DNA of 64,000 nt, from contig CAWDXE010000005.1 in the NCBI GenBank assembly GCA_963806185.1, positions 64,001 to 128,000 on the forward strand, in the 5' to 3' direction. This document shows, piece by piece, positions 31,439 to 41,253 of this stretch. The stretch's first letter is position 1. Each line of letters opens with the position of its first letter. Made by a program: the position numbers and the translations under genes. Under the pieces are notes generated by a model. It saw only the letters and a list, made by a program, of their open reading frames with translations, did no database searches and was not told where the DNA came from. Source of the stretch: an uncultured candidate division Zixibacteria bacterium (GTDB taxonomy: Bacteria > Zixibacteria > MSB-5A5 > GN15 > FEB-12).

Positions 31439-32437
31439 ATGTTTATCGATTATGTGGAAATTGAAGTCTTCGCCGGGAACGGCGGGCCGGGCGCTATTTC
31501 GTTTCACACTGAGAAGTTCGTCCCCAAGGGGGGACCCGACGGCGGCGACGGCGGCAGAGGGGGCGATGTCATTGCGGTCGGCGACGCCAATCTCTCTACC
31601 CTGCTCGATTTCCGTTATCGCAAAACATACAAGGCCGAAAACGGAGTGCCCGGCGCCAGCGGCCTTCGCACGGGGCGGACCGGCGAAACAATTCGGCTCA
31701 AGGTACCGGTGGGGACGATCATCAAGGACCTGGACACCGGAGAACAGATTGCCGATCTCGATGAAGTCGGCGCCGAGGTAGTGTTGGCGGCGGGCGGCAA
31801 GGGGGGGCACGGGAACGCGTTCTACAAATCGCCGGTGAACCAGGCGCCGCGCAAGGCGCAGGACGGCATACCGGGGGGAACGCGAAAGTTGTCGCTGGAA
31901 TTAAAGCTGCTTGCCGATGTCGGCCTGGTGGGTCTTCCCAACGCGGGAAAGAGCACGATTCTGGCGACATTCTCGGCGGCGCGTCCGAAGATTGCCGACT
32001 ATCCGTTTACGACGCTGATTCCGAATCTGGGGATCGTGAAATTCCGCGAAGGGAAATCGTGCGTGATGGCCGATATTCCGGGCTTGATCGAGGGGGCATC
32101 CGAAGGCAAAGGGCTGGGGATTCAGTTTCTCAAGCATATTCAGCGGACGCGGTTGCTGGTGTATGTGATAGATATCAATGAAGAAGAGATTGCAAAGGCG
32201 CTGGAGTTGCTGCAAGAGGAGCTGCGCACTTTCGATCCGAATCTCCCCAACCGGCCGTCGCTGGTGACTATCACAAAGATTGATACCCGGACGCCGGACG
32301 AAGTAAAAGCCATTTCCCGCAAACTGCCAAAAGAGTATATTTACCTCTCTGCCGTCGCAGGGATGGGTTCCAAAGAATTTTTGAACGCTATCGAGACCGC
32401 GCTTGACCATGACCGTCGACAAAACCCGACTGATTGA
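31439..32437 (+). CDS. obgE: GTPase Obg
   Basis: MFIDYV, GGPDGGDGG, GLPNAGKST, KIADYPFTTL, DIPGLIEGA. Confidence 0.98.
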   Translation: MFIDYVEIEVFAGNGGPGAISFHTEKFVPKGGPDGGDGGRGGDVIAVGDANLSTLLDFRYRKTYKAENGVPGASGLRTGRTGETIRLKVPVGTIIKDLDTGEQIADLDEVGAEVVLAAGGKGGHGNAFYKSPVNQAPRKAQDGIPGGTRKLSLELKLLADVGLVGLPNAGKSTILATFSAARPKIADYPFTTLIPNLGIVKFREGKSCVMADIPGLIEGASEGKGLGIQFLKHIQRTRLLVYVIDINEEEIAKALELLQEELRTFDPNLPNRPSLVTITKIDTRTPDEVKAISRKLPKEYIYLSAVAGMGSKEFLNAIETALDHDRRQNPTD

Positions 32438-33509
32438 TACCATCGCACTGTTGCAGGTGCCGGGGGTGGGACGGGGACGGTTTGGGCAGCTGGTGTCGCG
32501 ATTTGGCTCACTGGGGGCAGTGTTTGGGGCATCGATAGACGAGCTGGAAACTGTCTCGGGGATATCGCGGACGATTGCCAGCGCCATCAAGAACGACGTC
32601 AATCCTACCAGAGCAGGAGAGACGGCCACCAGGATCGAACGGCTTGGCTGGGCGGTGTTGTTTCAGGATTCGCCGGAGTATCCGAAGCGGTTGTTGACGC
32701 TGGCGGACGCGCCGGTAATTCTGTTTCGGCTGGGCGAGGCGTTCCGTGAAGATGACAAGCTGATCGCGATTGTAGGGACGCGGCATCCGACCGAGCGGGG
32801 GCGGCATTTCACGCATGGGCTGGCGGCGGAGATGGCCAGACAGGGGCTCACCGTAGTGTCGGGGATGGCCGACGGGATTGATTCGTTTGCGCATAAAGGG
32901 GCGCTGGAGGGGGGCGGGAAGACGGTCGCCGTGTGGGGTACGCCGCTGGATGTGATTTATCCGAATACGAATCGGGCGCTGGCGAAATTGATTGCGGAGC
33001 GCGGGGCGGTGTACTCGGAGTATTTGCCCGGGGTAGAAGTATCGCCGGCGTTTTTCTCCGAGCGGAATCGGATCATCTCGGGGCTTTCGGAGGCGGTGAT
33101 TGTGGTGGAGGCGGGGATCAAGTCGGGGGCACTCATTACCGCGGCGGATGCGATCGATCAAGGGCGTGATTTGTTCGCCGTGCCGGGGGCGCCGTGGATC
33201 GAGCAGAGTATTGGGACGAACGGACTCATCAAGCGGGGGGCACGACTACTCACCGGCATACAGGATTTGTTTGAGGAGTTACCTCGTCTGAAAGGCGAAG
33301 TGACGGTGCGACGGTTCCAGCAGTTGACGGAGTTGACTGATGCCGAGTCACAGTTGATCGAATTGCTGACCGGTGGGCCGCAGCAGATAGATTATCTTTC
33401 ACGAACTTCGGGCTTTGCCATGAACGAGTTGATGGAGTATCTTCTCGCGCTGGAGCTAAAGGGACTGGTCCAGGAGCTTTCGGGCAAACGGTATATGCTG
33501 GCGGAGTAG
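32409..33509 (+). CDS. dprA: DNA-processing protein DprA
   Basis: IAIVGTR, VSGMADGID..AH, RNRIISGLS, VVEAGIKSGALITA; C-terminal winged helix. Confidence 0.97.
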   Translation: MTVDKTRLIDTIALLQVPGVGRGRFGQLVSRFGSLGAVFGASIDELETVSGISRTIASAIKNDVNPTRAGETATRIERLGWAVLFQDSPEYPKRLLTLADAPVILFRLGEAFREDDKLIAIVGTRHPTERGRHFTHGLAAEMARQGLTVVSGMADGIDSFAHKGALEGGGKTVAVWGTPLDVIYPNTNRALAKLIAERGAVYSEYLPGVEVSPAFFSERNRIISGLSEAVIVVEAGIKSGALITAADAIDQGRDLFAVPGAPWIEQSIGTNGLIKRGARLLTGIQDLFEELPRLKGEVTVRRFQQLTELTDAESQLIELLTGGPQQIDYLSRTSGFAMNELMEYLLALELKGLVQELSGKRYMLAE

Positions 33510-33516
33510 AGGATTC

Positions 33517-33783
33517 GTGAAGACGACGGCCAAGATTGTCAACCGATTGGGTCTCCATGCTCGTCCATCGGCGATGCTGGTGACGACCGCCGGGAAGTTT
33601 GCCTCGGAGGTGTATTTCACCAAGGATGGGCTCCGGGTGAACGGCAAATCAATCATGGGGGTGATGATGCTGGCGGCGGAGCAGGGATCGGACCTTGAGG
33701 TCGAAGTCTTTGGTGCGGATGAAGCGGCGGCCATGGAAGCGATTCTTGCAGTTATCGCCGGTGGATTCGGCGAAAACGAATGA
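33517..33783 (+). CDS. ptsH: Phosphocarrier protein HPr
   Basis: GLHARP and NGKSIMGVMMLAA. Confidence 0.97.
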   Translation: MKTTAKIVNRLGLHARPSAMLVTTAGKFASEVYFTKDGLRVNGKSIMGVMMLAAEQGSDLEVEVFGADEAAAMEAILAVIAGGFGENE

Positions 33784-33872
33784 TATATTAGCTTGCCTAA
33801 GGCAATTCCAGCCAGATAGATTGTGATCATCCCGTCGGGGTGTGATCATCCCCCCTCGATCAGGGTAAGTAT

Positions 33873-35615
33873 ATGGCAGACAAACACAAAACTATTACCG
33901 GAAATCCGATCTCGTCGGGGATTGTGCTGGGTCAGACCCGTACGATTCTGCCGGGTGAGGTACGGGTAGCCGAGCTTCCGGTGGCGGCATCGGCTATTAA
34001 TGAAGAACTGGCGGCGCTTGATCGGGCGGTTGAAGATACGGTGGCCGAGATCAAGTTGCTTCGCGAGGCGGCCGGCAAGAAGATCGGCGGGCCGGTAGCG
34101 AAGATTTTCGACGCTCAGTTGTTGATCGCATCGGACGAGGATTTTCTCAAACAAGTCAGGGCACAGGTGACCCAGACGCGGCGCAATGCGGCATTTGTCT
34201 ACAATGGTATGGTGCAGAAGACGCTGGTGCCGTTGAACAACGCCAAAGAACCGTACATGCAGCAGATGGCCGGGGAGATTGAAGCGGTTGCGGCCCGGGT
34301 GCTGTCACACCTGGCCGGGTACAAGGAAGACGAGACGGCGCGGTTCCCGGCGGACACAATCATAGTTGGACATACGTTTACGCCGGGAGAAATACTGGCA
34401 TACCGGAACCGTCGAGCGGTCGGCTTTGTGATTGCCGAGGGTGGGAAGAACTCGCACATGGCGTTGATCGCGCGGTCGCTGATGATACCGGTGATTGTCG
34501 TCGCCGAGTCGATCAAGCAGATTCCGGACGGTGTGCGCATCGTGCTGGACGCCATTACGGGGCAAGTGGTGATCAATCCGACGCCGGAGGAAGTGACCGA
34601 ATACGGTCGAAAGCGGCGGCGGCAGGGGTCGGTGCTGGTCACACGCATCAGCAAATTAAGCCAGGTACCTCCGACCACCGCGGACGGCATGAAAGTGTAT
34701 GTCCAGGCCAACCTGGAGTTGCCGGGGCCGCTCGATGAGATCCTGTCGATGCAGAAATTCACGGTGGGATTGTATCGTACGGAGTTTCTGTACTTGGAAC
34801 ATGCCAGCTTTCCGGACGAAGAGGAGCAATACAGTTACTACGCGCGGATTGCGGAGACGTTCGCCGGCACGTACGTGGTGCTGAGAACGTTTGATCTGGG
34901 CTCGGACAAGGTCAAAGATGACGGCTTGATGCCGAAAGAGGACAACCCGGCGCTCGGGTGGCGCGGTATCCGTCCGATGCTGGCGATGTCGGACATTTTC
35001 AAGCAGCAGATTCGGGCGATGCTGCGGGCGTCGACCCGAGGGAATCTGAAGATCATGCTGCCGATGATTGCGGATATTTCCGAATATGAGCATGCGATGA
35101 AGCTCATATCGCAGGTGAAGTTTGAACTGCGAAAGAAGAACCTGCCGTTCGACGACACGATCGACGTCGGCATCATGGTAGAAGTTCCGTCGGCGGCCTT
35201 GATGGCCGACGAACTAGCGCAAAGGGTTGATTTCATGTCGGTGGGAACCAACGATCTGACGCAGTACACGTTGTCGGCCGATCGCAATAATGCGCGGGTG
35301 AGCGAGTTGTACAATCCGCTGCACCCGGCGGTGCTCAATCTTGTGCGCATGACGGTGGAAGCGTGTCGGAAATACCAGAAGCCGATGGGGATTTGCGGTG
35401 AAGTGGCAGGTGATCCGCTGGCGATACCGTTGTTCGTGGGCATGGGGGTGCGTCACTTGTCAATGAACCCGGCGAAGATATTCGACGCCTGCCGGCTGAT
35501 ACGAAAGGTTGATTCGGGGATGGCGCGCGCGCTGGCCGGTTCGGTGCTGGCGAGCGATACGGTTGCTTCGGTCCAGAAGAAGCTTCAGAATTACAATACG
35601 GAATTGGAAAAGTAA
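33873..35615 (+). CDS. ptsI: PTS enzyme I
   Basis: GGKNSHMALIAR, GLYRTEFL, RTFDLGSDK, NPALGWRGIR, GTNDLTQY, ICGE. Confidence 0.97.
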   Translation: MADKHKTITGNPISSGIVLGQTRTILPGEVRVAELPVAASAINEELAALDRAVEDTVAEIKLLREAAGKKIGGPVAKIFDAQLLIASDEDFLKQVRAQVTQTRRNAAFVYNGMVQKTLVPLNNAKEPYMQQMAGEIEAVAARVLSHLAGYKEDETARFPADTIIVGHTFTPGEILAYRNRRAVGFVIAEGGKNSHMALIARSLMIPVIVVAESIKQIPDGVRIVLDAITGQVVINPTPEEVTEYGRKRRRQGSVLVTRISKLSQVPPTTADGMKVYVQANLELPGPLDEILSMQKFTVGLYRTEFLYLEHASFPDEEEQYSYYARIAETFAGTYVVLRTFDLGSDKVKDDGLMPKEDNPALGWRGIRPMLAMSDIFKQQIRAMLRASTRGNLKIMLPMIADISEYEHAMKLISQVKFELRKKNLPFDDTIDVGIMVEVPSAALMADELAQRVDFMSVGTNDLTQYTLSADRNNARVSELYNPLHPAVLNLVRMTVEACRKYQKPMGICGEVAGDPLAIPLFVGMGVRHLSMNPAKIFDACRLIRKVDSGMARALAGSVLASDTVASVQKKLQNYNTELEK

Positions 35616-35641
35616 ACATTTTCAGATAAGGACATCACGTT

Positions 35642-36733
35642 TTGTCACAGTTAGACAATGTAGAGCAGATACGAGGGCTGGATCCGGATAACATGTACAA
35701 CCGGGTGTTCGATTTCCCGGAGCAGTTGGCGGAGGCAGTAGCGCTGGGGGAGAAATTCCAGTTCGACCGGTTGGCGTTTGCCGACGTGAAGAATATTGTG
35801 GTGATCGGCATGGGCGGATCGGCGATCGGCGGTGACCTGGCGCGATCGCTGCTGGGCAAAACGTTGGTGGCGCCATTCCAGGTGTGCCGCAACTATGAGC
35901 TGCCTGAGTATGTCGACGATGAATCGCTGGTGATTGCCTCGTCGTACAGCGGCAACACCGAGGAAACGCTGGCGGCGCTGGAGGATGCGATTGGGCGGAA
36001 GTCGATGATCATGGCGATGACGACCGGCGGCATCATGGAGGAAGTGTGCGGCGTGAATGGCATTCCGGTGCTGAAATTGCCGGGTGGTTTGCAGCCGCGC
36101 GCGGCGCTGGGGTATTCGTTTGCTCCGCTGATCGTCTTTTTCGAGCGGATCGGGCTAATCAAAGGGTATGTCAAGCAATTGGGCGATACAATTGCGCATC
36201 TCAAGACGCAGCGGGATTCGTACATCGAGGATTCGCCGGTGGCGCAGAACCGGGCGAAGAACCTGGCGACGATCATTCGCGGCCGGATGCCGATCATCTA
36301 CGGCGGACCGTCGCTGACCGACGTGGTGGCGGTGCGGTGGAAAGGCCAAATGTGCGAGAATGCAAAGAACATGGCGTTTGCCAACGTGTACGCCGAGTTC
36401 AATCATAATGAGCTGGTGGGGTGGTCGGATACGATCGCGCCGCACAAGGACAACCTGATCGTCATCCAGCTTCGGGACAAGGACGATCACCCGAAAATTG
36501 TCAAGCGGATGGACATCGTGAAGGGGATCATCGGGAAGCAGAATGTACCGGTGATCGACGTCCAGTCGACGGGCAACACGCCGCTGGATCGGATGTTCAG
36601 CCTGGTGCAGTTGGGTGATTTTGCGTCGTATTACCTCGCGATTTTGAATAATGTCGATCCGACGCCGGTCGAGGCGATCGAGACGCTGAAAAAGTCGCTG
36701 GCGAAAGGTGGTAGACGCCGATCGGCAGTGTAG
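35642..36733 (+). CDS. Bifunctional phosphoglucose/phosphomannose isomerase
   Basis: GMGGSAIGG, SYSGNTEET, QPRAA, RWKGQMCENAK, EFNHNE, VDPTPV. Confidence 0.95.
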   Translation: MSQLDNVEQIRGLDPDNMYNRVFDFPEQLAEAVALGEKFQFDRLAFADVKNIVVIGMGGSAIGGDLARSLLGKTLVAPFQVCRNYELPEYVDDESLVIASSYSGNTEETLAALEDAIGRKSMIMAMTTGGIMEEVCGVNGIPVLKLPGGLQPRAALGYSFAPLIVFFERIGLIKGYVKQLGDTIAHLKTQRDSYIEDSPVAQNRAKNLATIIRGRMPIIYGGPSLTDVVAVRWKGQMCENAKNMAFANVYAEFNHNELVGWSDTIAPHKDNLIVIQLRDKDDHPKIVKRMDIVKGIIGKQNVPVIDVQSTGNTPLDRMFSLVQLGDFASYYLAILNNVDPTPVEAIETLKKSLAKGGRRRSAV

Positions 36734-36960
36734 GGCAAACCCCATCGTCCATTCTTCAAGGGGTTTGCCTCTTTCTTCCTATTTGACGAGAGATGGCGGA
36801 CCCCTACCAGACCTCCTGCCCTTCATGGCGGACCCCTACCACCAGACCTCCTGCCCTTCATGGCGGACCCCTTGATAGATGGAAAATGGGGTCCGCCCTA
36901 CGTGCTCTCCCACGATACATGGCAAACCCCTCGTCAAATGGAAGATGGGGGTTGCCCTAC
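36729..36960. repeat. GTAG/CTAC-type REP-like hairpins with a short tandem duplication
   Basis: GTAGGGCAAACCCC..GGGGTTTGCC; GGCGGACCCC..GGGGTCCGCCCTAC; relative at 45201-45241; tandem unit at 36793-36859. Confidence 0.8.
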
Positions 36961-37018
36961 ATCTGACTACATGTCGCACTCTGCGTTGACTTTGTGGATC
37001 AAAGCCGTATATTGGCAC

Positions 37019-37891
37019 GTGATCCTGTTGCGCCGATACTTCAGCACTTTCGCCGCCGCCGCCCTCTTTTGGCTGATCTGGGCTTCGACGGCGTTTTCGC
37101 AAACTGAGGAGACGGGCGCTTTCCGCAGTGACCGGATCAATGCTCTCGTTCTCATAGTTGTCTTTTCCGTCGTCATCCTCCTGTACACCAGGTGGGCCAA
37201 AGAGGGGAAGCCGCTGTTTATCCGGAAGATTGCGGGGCTCGACGCGGTCGAGGAAGCGGTAGGGCGGGCGACCGAGATGGGTCGACCGGTGTTGTTCATT
37301 CCCGGGATTCAGGAACTTGATGAGATATCCACCATCGCCGGCGTATCAATTCTCGGCCGTGTCGCTCGCATTGTCGCGCAGTACGATACTCCTATTTTTG
37401 TTCCCCTGCGATACCCTCTGGTGCTGGCCGCCAGCGAAGAGGTCGTTCAGCAGGCGTATGTGGAAATGGGTCGCGCTGACTCATACCAGAAAGATTCCGT
37501 CCGTTACGTGGCCGGAGAACAGTTCGCCTTTGCCGCAACGGTCAATGGGTACATGATGCGCGAACGTCCGGCGGCCTGCCTCTATATGGGTTATTTCGCG
37601 GCCGAGTCACTGCTCCTGGCTGAGACCGGCAATGCCGCCGGCTCCATCCAGATCGCCGGCACCAATATGCCGGAGCAGTTGCCGTTCTTTATCGCTTCGT
37701 GCGATTACACGCTGATGGGCGAAGAGCTCTATGCAGCATCGGCATATCTGTCCCATGAACCGGTCATGCTCGGCGGTCTCAAGGGGCAGGATTTGATGAA
37801 ACTGTTGATCATTGTCGCCATTATCCTCGGCGTCATTTTGGTCAGCTTTGGAAGCGGCGTCTGGTACACTGAAATGTTTAAGCAGGTTTGA
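37019..37891 (+). CDS. DUF6754-like membrane protein (module gene 1)
   Basis: IRKIAGLDAVEEAVGRATEMGRPVLF, F.AESLLLAETG, GEELYAASAYLS; start re-called at GTG behind TTGACT-N16-TATATT. Family named from recall. Confidence 0.85.
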   Translation: MILLRRYFSTFAAAALFWLIWASTAFSQTEETGAFRSDRINALVLIVVFSVVILLYTRWAKEGKPLFIRKIAGLDAVEEAVGRATEMGRPVLFIPGIQELDEISTIAGVSILGRVARIVAQYDTPIFVPLRYPLVLAASEEVVQQAYVEMGRADSYQKDSVRYVAGEQFAFAATVNGYMMRERPAACLYMGYFAAESLLLAETGNAAGSIQIAGTNMPEQLPFFIASCDYTLMGEELYAASAYLSHEPVMLGGLKGQDLMKLLIIVAIILGVILVSFGSGVWYTEMFKQV

Positions 37892-37892
37892 T

Positions 37893-38559
37893 GTGCGCAC
37901 CACCGTTCCAGTCATTGTTGCCTTCCTCTCCGGCCTCATCATGGTGGTGTCGTTCTTCTTCCATCCCGAGAGATCATTCCTCGGGCAAACTCGAGGAAGA
38001 GGCGCTGGTCTGGGTCACTATCGTCGGCGGATTCACCCTGCTGCTCGGCGTGGTCTCGATCACGCGCTCCAATATCAGCTCGCTCGTGCAGCGCAAAGAA
38101 GGATGGCTGTACCCGGTATTGACCCTGACGTCCGTCTTCATCATGGCCGTCCCGGCTATGCTGCCGACGAGTTGGGTGTCGTGGTTTGGGACTGCCCAGG
38201 GGACGTCACTCTACGACTGGCTCTTTGTCAACCTGAGCACTCCGGCGATGGCCACCATGTTCGCCACCCTCGCATTCTACATCGCTTCGGCCGCTTATCG
38301 CGCATTTCGCGCCCGCAATCTCGAAGCAACGATTCTTCTCCTGGCCGCCACGCTGGTCATGCTCTGGCGCATTCCCATGGGCGAGGCCTTCCTTCGTCTC
38401 TTCAGCGACAATCTTCCCGAATGGATTAATTCTTACATCATGAACGGCGCCAACAACGCGGTCCAGCGCGGCATCATCATCGGCGCCGCGCTTGGTGCCG
38501 CCTCCATGTCTCTCCGGATTATGCTCGGTATCGAGCGGACCTACATGGGGAAGGGCTAA
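37893..38559 (+). CDS. Polytopic membrane protein (module gene 2) with an apparent +1 frameshift at GGG 37983-37985
   Basis: MRTTVPVIVAFLSG..FLG joins KLEEEALVW.. if one G is removed; ATMFATLAFYIASAAYRAFRAR and RGIIIGAALG. Confidence 0.8.
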
Positions 38560-38562
38560 GCC

Positions 38563-39399
38563 ATGTCGTTCTGGGAGAAAGTCTCATCCATCGATCGACG
38601 CTGGATCTACCTCCTCATCGCCCTGGCCGTCATCTTTCCGCTGATCGTCCCGATGAAATATCCCGTCCAGATCACGCCCGAGGCCCGTCAGCTTTTCAAC
38701 GCCGTCGATTCCCTCCCCGATTCTTCGATCGTGATGCTGACTTTCGATTACTACCCGTCGACTATCGCCGAGACCGAACCGATGGCCCGCGCCGCCTTGC
38801 ACCATCTGTTCAGCAAGAATTGCCGGATCGTTACTCTGTCAACCATCCCGCTCGGCGGTCCGTCAATGGCCGAACGCGTCACACGCGACATGGCCGAAAA
38901 ATACCACAAGACGTACGGCGTCGATTTCGTCAATCTCGGCTTCAAAGCCAACTACGTCGCGGTGCTCAAAGGCATGGGCCAATCGATCGAATCGATTTAC
39001 CCGACCGACAATTCCGGCACGCCACTGTCCCAGCTGCCCCTCATGAAGGGTGTGAGAAACTACAGCGATTTTTCCTTCATCTTCGTCGTCGCCGATAACG
39101 GCATTATCGATTACTGGATTTCCATCGTAAACGCGCAATACGGCATACGTGTCGGCTGCGGTGCAACATCGGTCATGGCCCCAAAGTTGTATTCTTTCGT
39201 TAACGCCGGTCAGTTGACCGGACTGCTCGGAGGAATGAAAGGAGCCGCCGAATACGAACAACTAATCCATCATGAAGATTTGGCCATGAAGGGGATGGAC
39301 ATCCAGTCTCTCGTCCACCTGTTCATCATCGCCCTGGTCATTGTCGGCAATGTCGCCTACTTCGCCAGCCACCAGAACCGGAAGCGGGGGAATCCATGA
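38563..39399 (+). CDS. Membrane protein with a soluble alpha/beta domain (module gene 3)
   Basis: IDRRWIY, FDYYP...AE..P, YGVDFVNLG, GQLTGLLGGMKGAAEYE; TM helices at both ends. Confidence 0.85.
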   Translation: MSFWEKVSSIDRRWIYLLIALAVIFPLIVPMKYPVQITPEARQLFNAVDSLPDSSIVMLTFDYYPSTIAETEPMARAALHHLFSKNCRIVTLSTIPLGGPSMAERVTRDMAEKYHKTYGVDFVNLGFKANYVAVLKGMGQSIESIYPTDNSGTPLSQLPLMKGVRNYSDFSFIFVVADNGIIDYWISIVNAQYGIRVGCGATSVMAPKLYSFVNAGQLTGLLGGMKGAAEYEQLIHHEDLAMKGMDIQSLVHLFIIALVIVGNVAYFASHQNRKRGNP

Positions 39400-40031
39400 G
39401 CGGCATGGATATTTTCCAGATCTGGGTCGGTGCGCTCGTCACCCTGGCGCTGTTTTCTTTCCTGTATAAGGATAACCCGTTCTATAAAGTCGCCGAGCAC
39501 ATCTTCGCCGGGCTCTCCGCCGGATACTACTGGGGACTTATCTGGCAATCCGTCATAGTCCAGCAATTGTACATGCCGCTTGTCAACGATGGCAAGTGGA
39601 CGCTGATTTTCCCCGCGCTCCTGGGCATACTCATGTTTACCCGGTTCTTTTCAAAACTGTCGTGGATTTCGCGGATCTCGCTGGCGTTTGTGATGGGGAA
39701 TACGGCGGGCGTCTTTTTGATCTCGCAGCTTCATGGTTTGGTGCTGCCCCAGATGGGGGCCACCATGCGGCCGCTGGTCGACGGCGGATTTGCGGGCAGT
39801 CTGCTCGCATTTGTGGTGGTGGTAGGAGTCATTTCGACGTTGATATACTTCTACTTTTCCAAAGAGCACGTTGGTGCGCTGGGGGTGACGGCGAAAATCG
39901 GGATTTGGTTCATCATGATATCTTTCGGCGCCCATTTCGGGTATACGGTTATGGGACGAATTTCACTCCTGATCGGACGCGTCTACTTCCTGTACAATGA
40001 CTGGATTGGTTCATTTTCGCATATTCTGTGA
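39396..40031 (+). CDS. Polytopic membrane protein (module gene 4)
   Basis: FSFLYKDNPFYKVAEHIF, FIMISFGAHFGYTVMGR; ATGA overlap with gene 3. Confidence 0.85.
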   Translation: MSGMDIFQIWVGALVTLALFSFLYKDNPFYKVAEHIFAGLSAGYYWGLIWQSVIVQQLYMPLVNDGKWTLIFPALLGILMFTRFFSKLSWISRISLAFVMGNTAGVFLISQLHGLVLPQMGATMRPLVDGGFAGSLLAFVVVVGVISTLIYFYFSKEHVGALGVTAKIGIWFIMISFGAHFGYTVMGRISLLIGRVYFLYNDWIGSFSHIL

Positions 40032-40091
40032 CATCCTCCCGCTTTTATTGTATACTCTTTCAGACAACTCAAACTTCAGCAAGCAGCCGAT

Positions 40092-41162
40092 ATGGACAAA
40101 CGGATTTATTTGCTCATTCTGATCGGCCTACTCGCATTCGGGTGTGGCCATAATCCCGACGACCCGGTTTACGATATATCGAAAAACCCGGACGGTTTTC
40201 CGGCCTTTGCGCTGGCGGTGCTCGACAGCATGCAAACCGAAAAGGTGAAGGGCCTGGAGCAGGTGGGATCGTCGTTTGCCAACTTGTACACTCAGCACAC
40301 GGAATTGCTCGATAGCAAGGAGTGGAAGCGGGTGGTGGAGCGACTGGGGTCGAAGTTTCGGTATTTCGGTGACCGGTACGCCATGGAGGGGTTACCGGGG
40401 TATGTCAAGGCGGCGGAGTGTTACCAACTGGCAGCGCTGGCGCGGCCGCAGGATGAGCGGGCCCGGACGCTCAAAGAGACTTTCCAGGGGTGGTGGAATA
40501 TTGCCCGCGACTCGGCCTTTGCGTCGACCTTCTGTGTGCCGGCGGCCAGTCCGCCGCTGTTGGCGAGAGTTGAGCTGTTGAAATCGTTTCTTTTGTCGGA
40601 CTCGCTTCGACAGAACTTTGGAAGGACCTACCTCCTGGACCAGCTTCTCCCCTCCGCCGAGAGCGCGGAACTGTTGACAGCCGCACGGTTGAGCGAGCTT
40701 CCGATGGCGGATCGGGCGTTTTTGGCCTCCCTGGGGCGAGGCAAGGACCCAATGACCCAATACGCGGTGAGCTTTACTCATCCGGCGATCGACCTGATCA
40801 CCTGCGCCATCGAGCCACTCGACGCCGGGTATTGGCGGGCGGAGCTATATTTCATTCCGCATAACAAGCTTGACTCCAACTACGTTGTTTCGTTGATGGT
40901 GCTTTCGGCCGATTCAGCGACGGTGCTGGCTTCGGGGGGGCATCTGACATCGTACGATTTCCGCCCTGACCCGCCGACAACCACGTGGCGGACCGACCGG
41001 GTGGCGGTGGCGTTTCAAGTGATCCCGTTTGCCAGCCGACCGGCGGCGGTGCGTGTGGGGCTGTATGACGTCGGCCCGACCGGGCCACATTATCTTACGA
41101 TTCTGGGGCATACAGAGAAGACATTTACCCTCGCCCTGCCCGAGACCCGGTTGGCGCAGTAA
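40092..41162 (+). CDS. Hypothetical lipoprotein
   Basis: 356-aa ORF; lipobox AFGC. Confidence 0.75.
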   Translation: MDKRIYLLILIGLLAFGCGHNPDDPVYDISKNPDGFPAFALAVLDSMQTEKVKGLEQVGSSFANLYTQHTELLDSKEWKRVVERLGSKFRYFGDRYAMEGLPGYVKAAECYQLAALARPQDERARTLKETFQGWWNIARDSAFASTFCVPAASPPLLARVELLKSFLLSDSLRQNFGRTYLLDQLLPSAESAELLTAARLSELPMADRAFLASLGRGKDPMTQYAVSFTHPAIDLITCAIEPLDAGYWRAELYFIPHNKLDSNYVVSLMVLSADSATVLASGGHLTSYDFRPDPPTTTWRTDRVAVAFQVIPFASRPAAVRVGLYDVGPTGPHYLTILGHTEKTFTLALPETRLAQ

Positions 41163-41253
41163 ACCGGGGCTTGGAGGCCCTTTTTCCCAAAGGGACTTGT
41201 CAGGGCTCGATTTCTTTCCTAATTTAGCGGCTCAACACAGGGGAAGTTCTGGC

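Noticed and set aside
36793..36871. Direct repeats of about 32 bp resembling a mini CRISPR array
   Set aside because: The units are abutting duplications of a REP fragment with no unique spacers, and no cas genes are present.
36860..37018. N-terminal extension of the DUF6754 ORF
   Set aside because: It reads through REP hairpins and the gene's own promoter; GTG at 37019 is the better start.
37980..37990. Programmed ribosomal frameshifting at the broken genes
   Set aside because: No slippery heptamers or stimulatory structures were seen, and these families are not known to recode.
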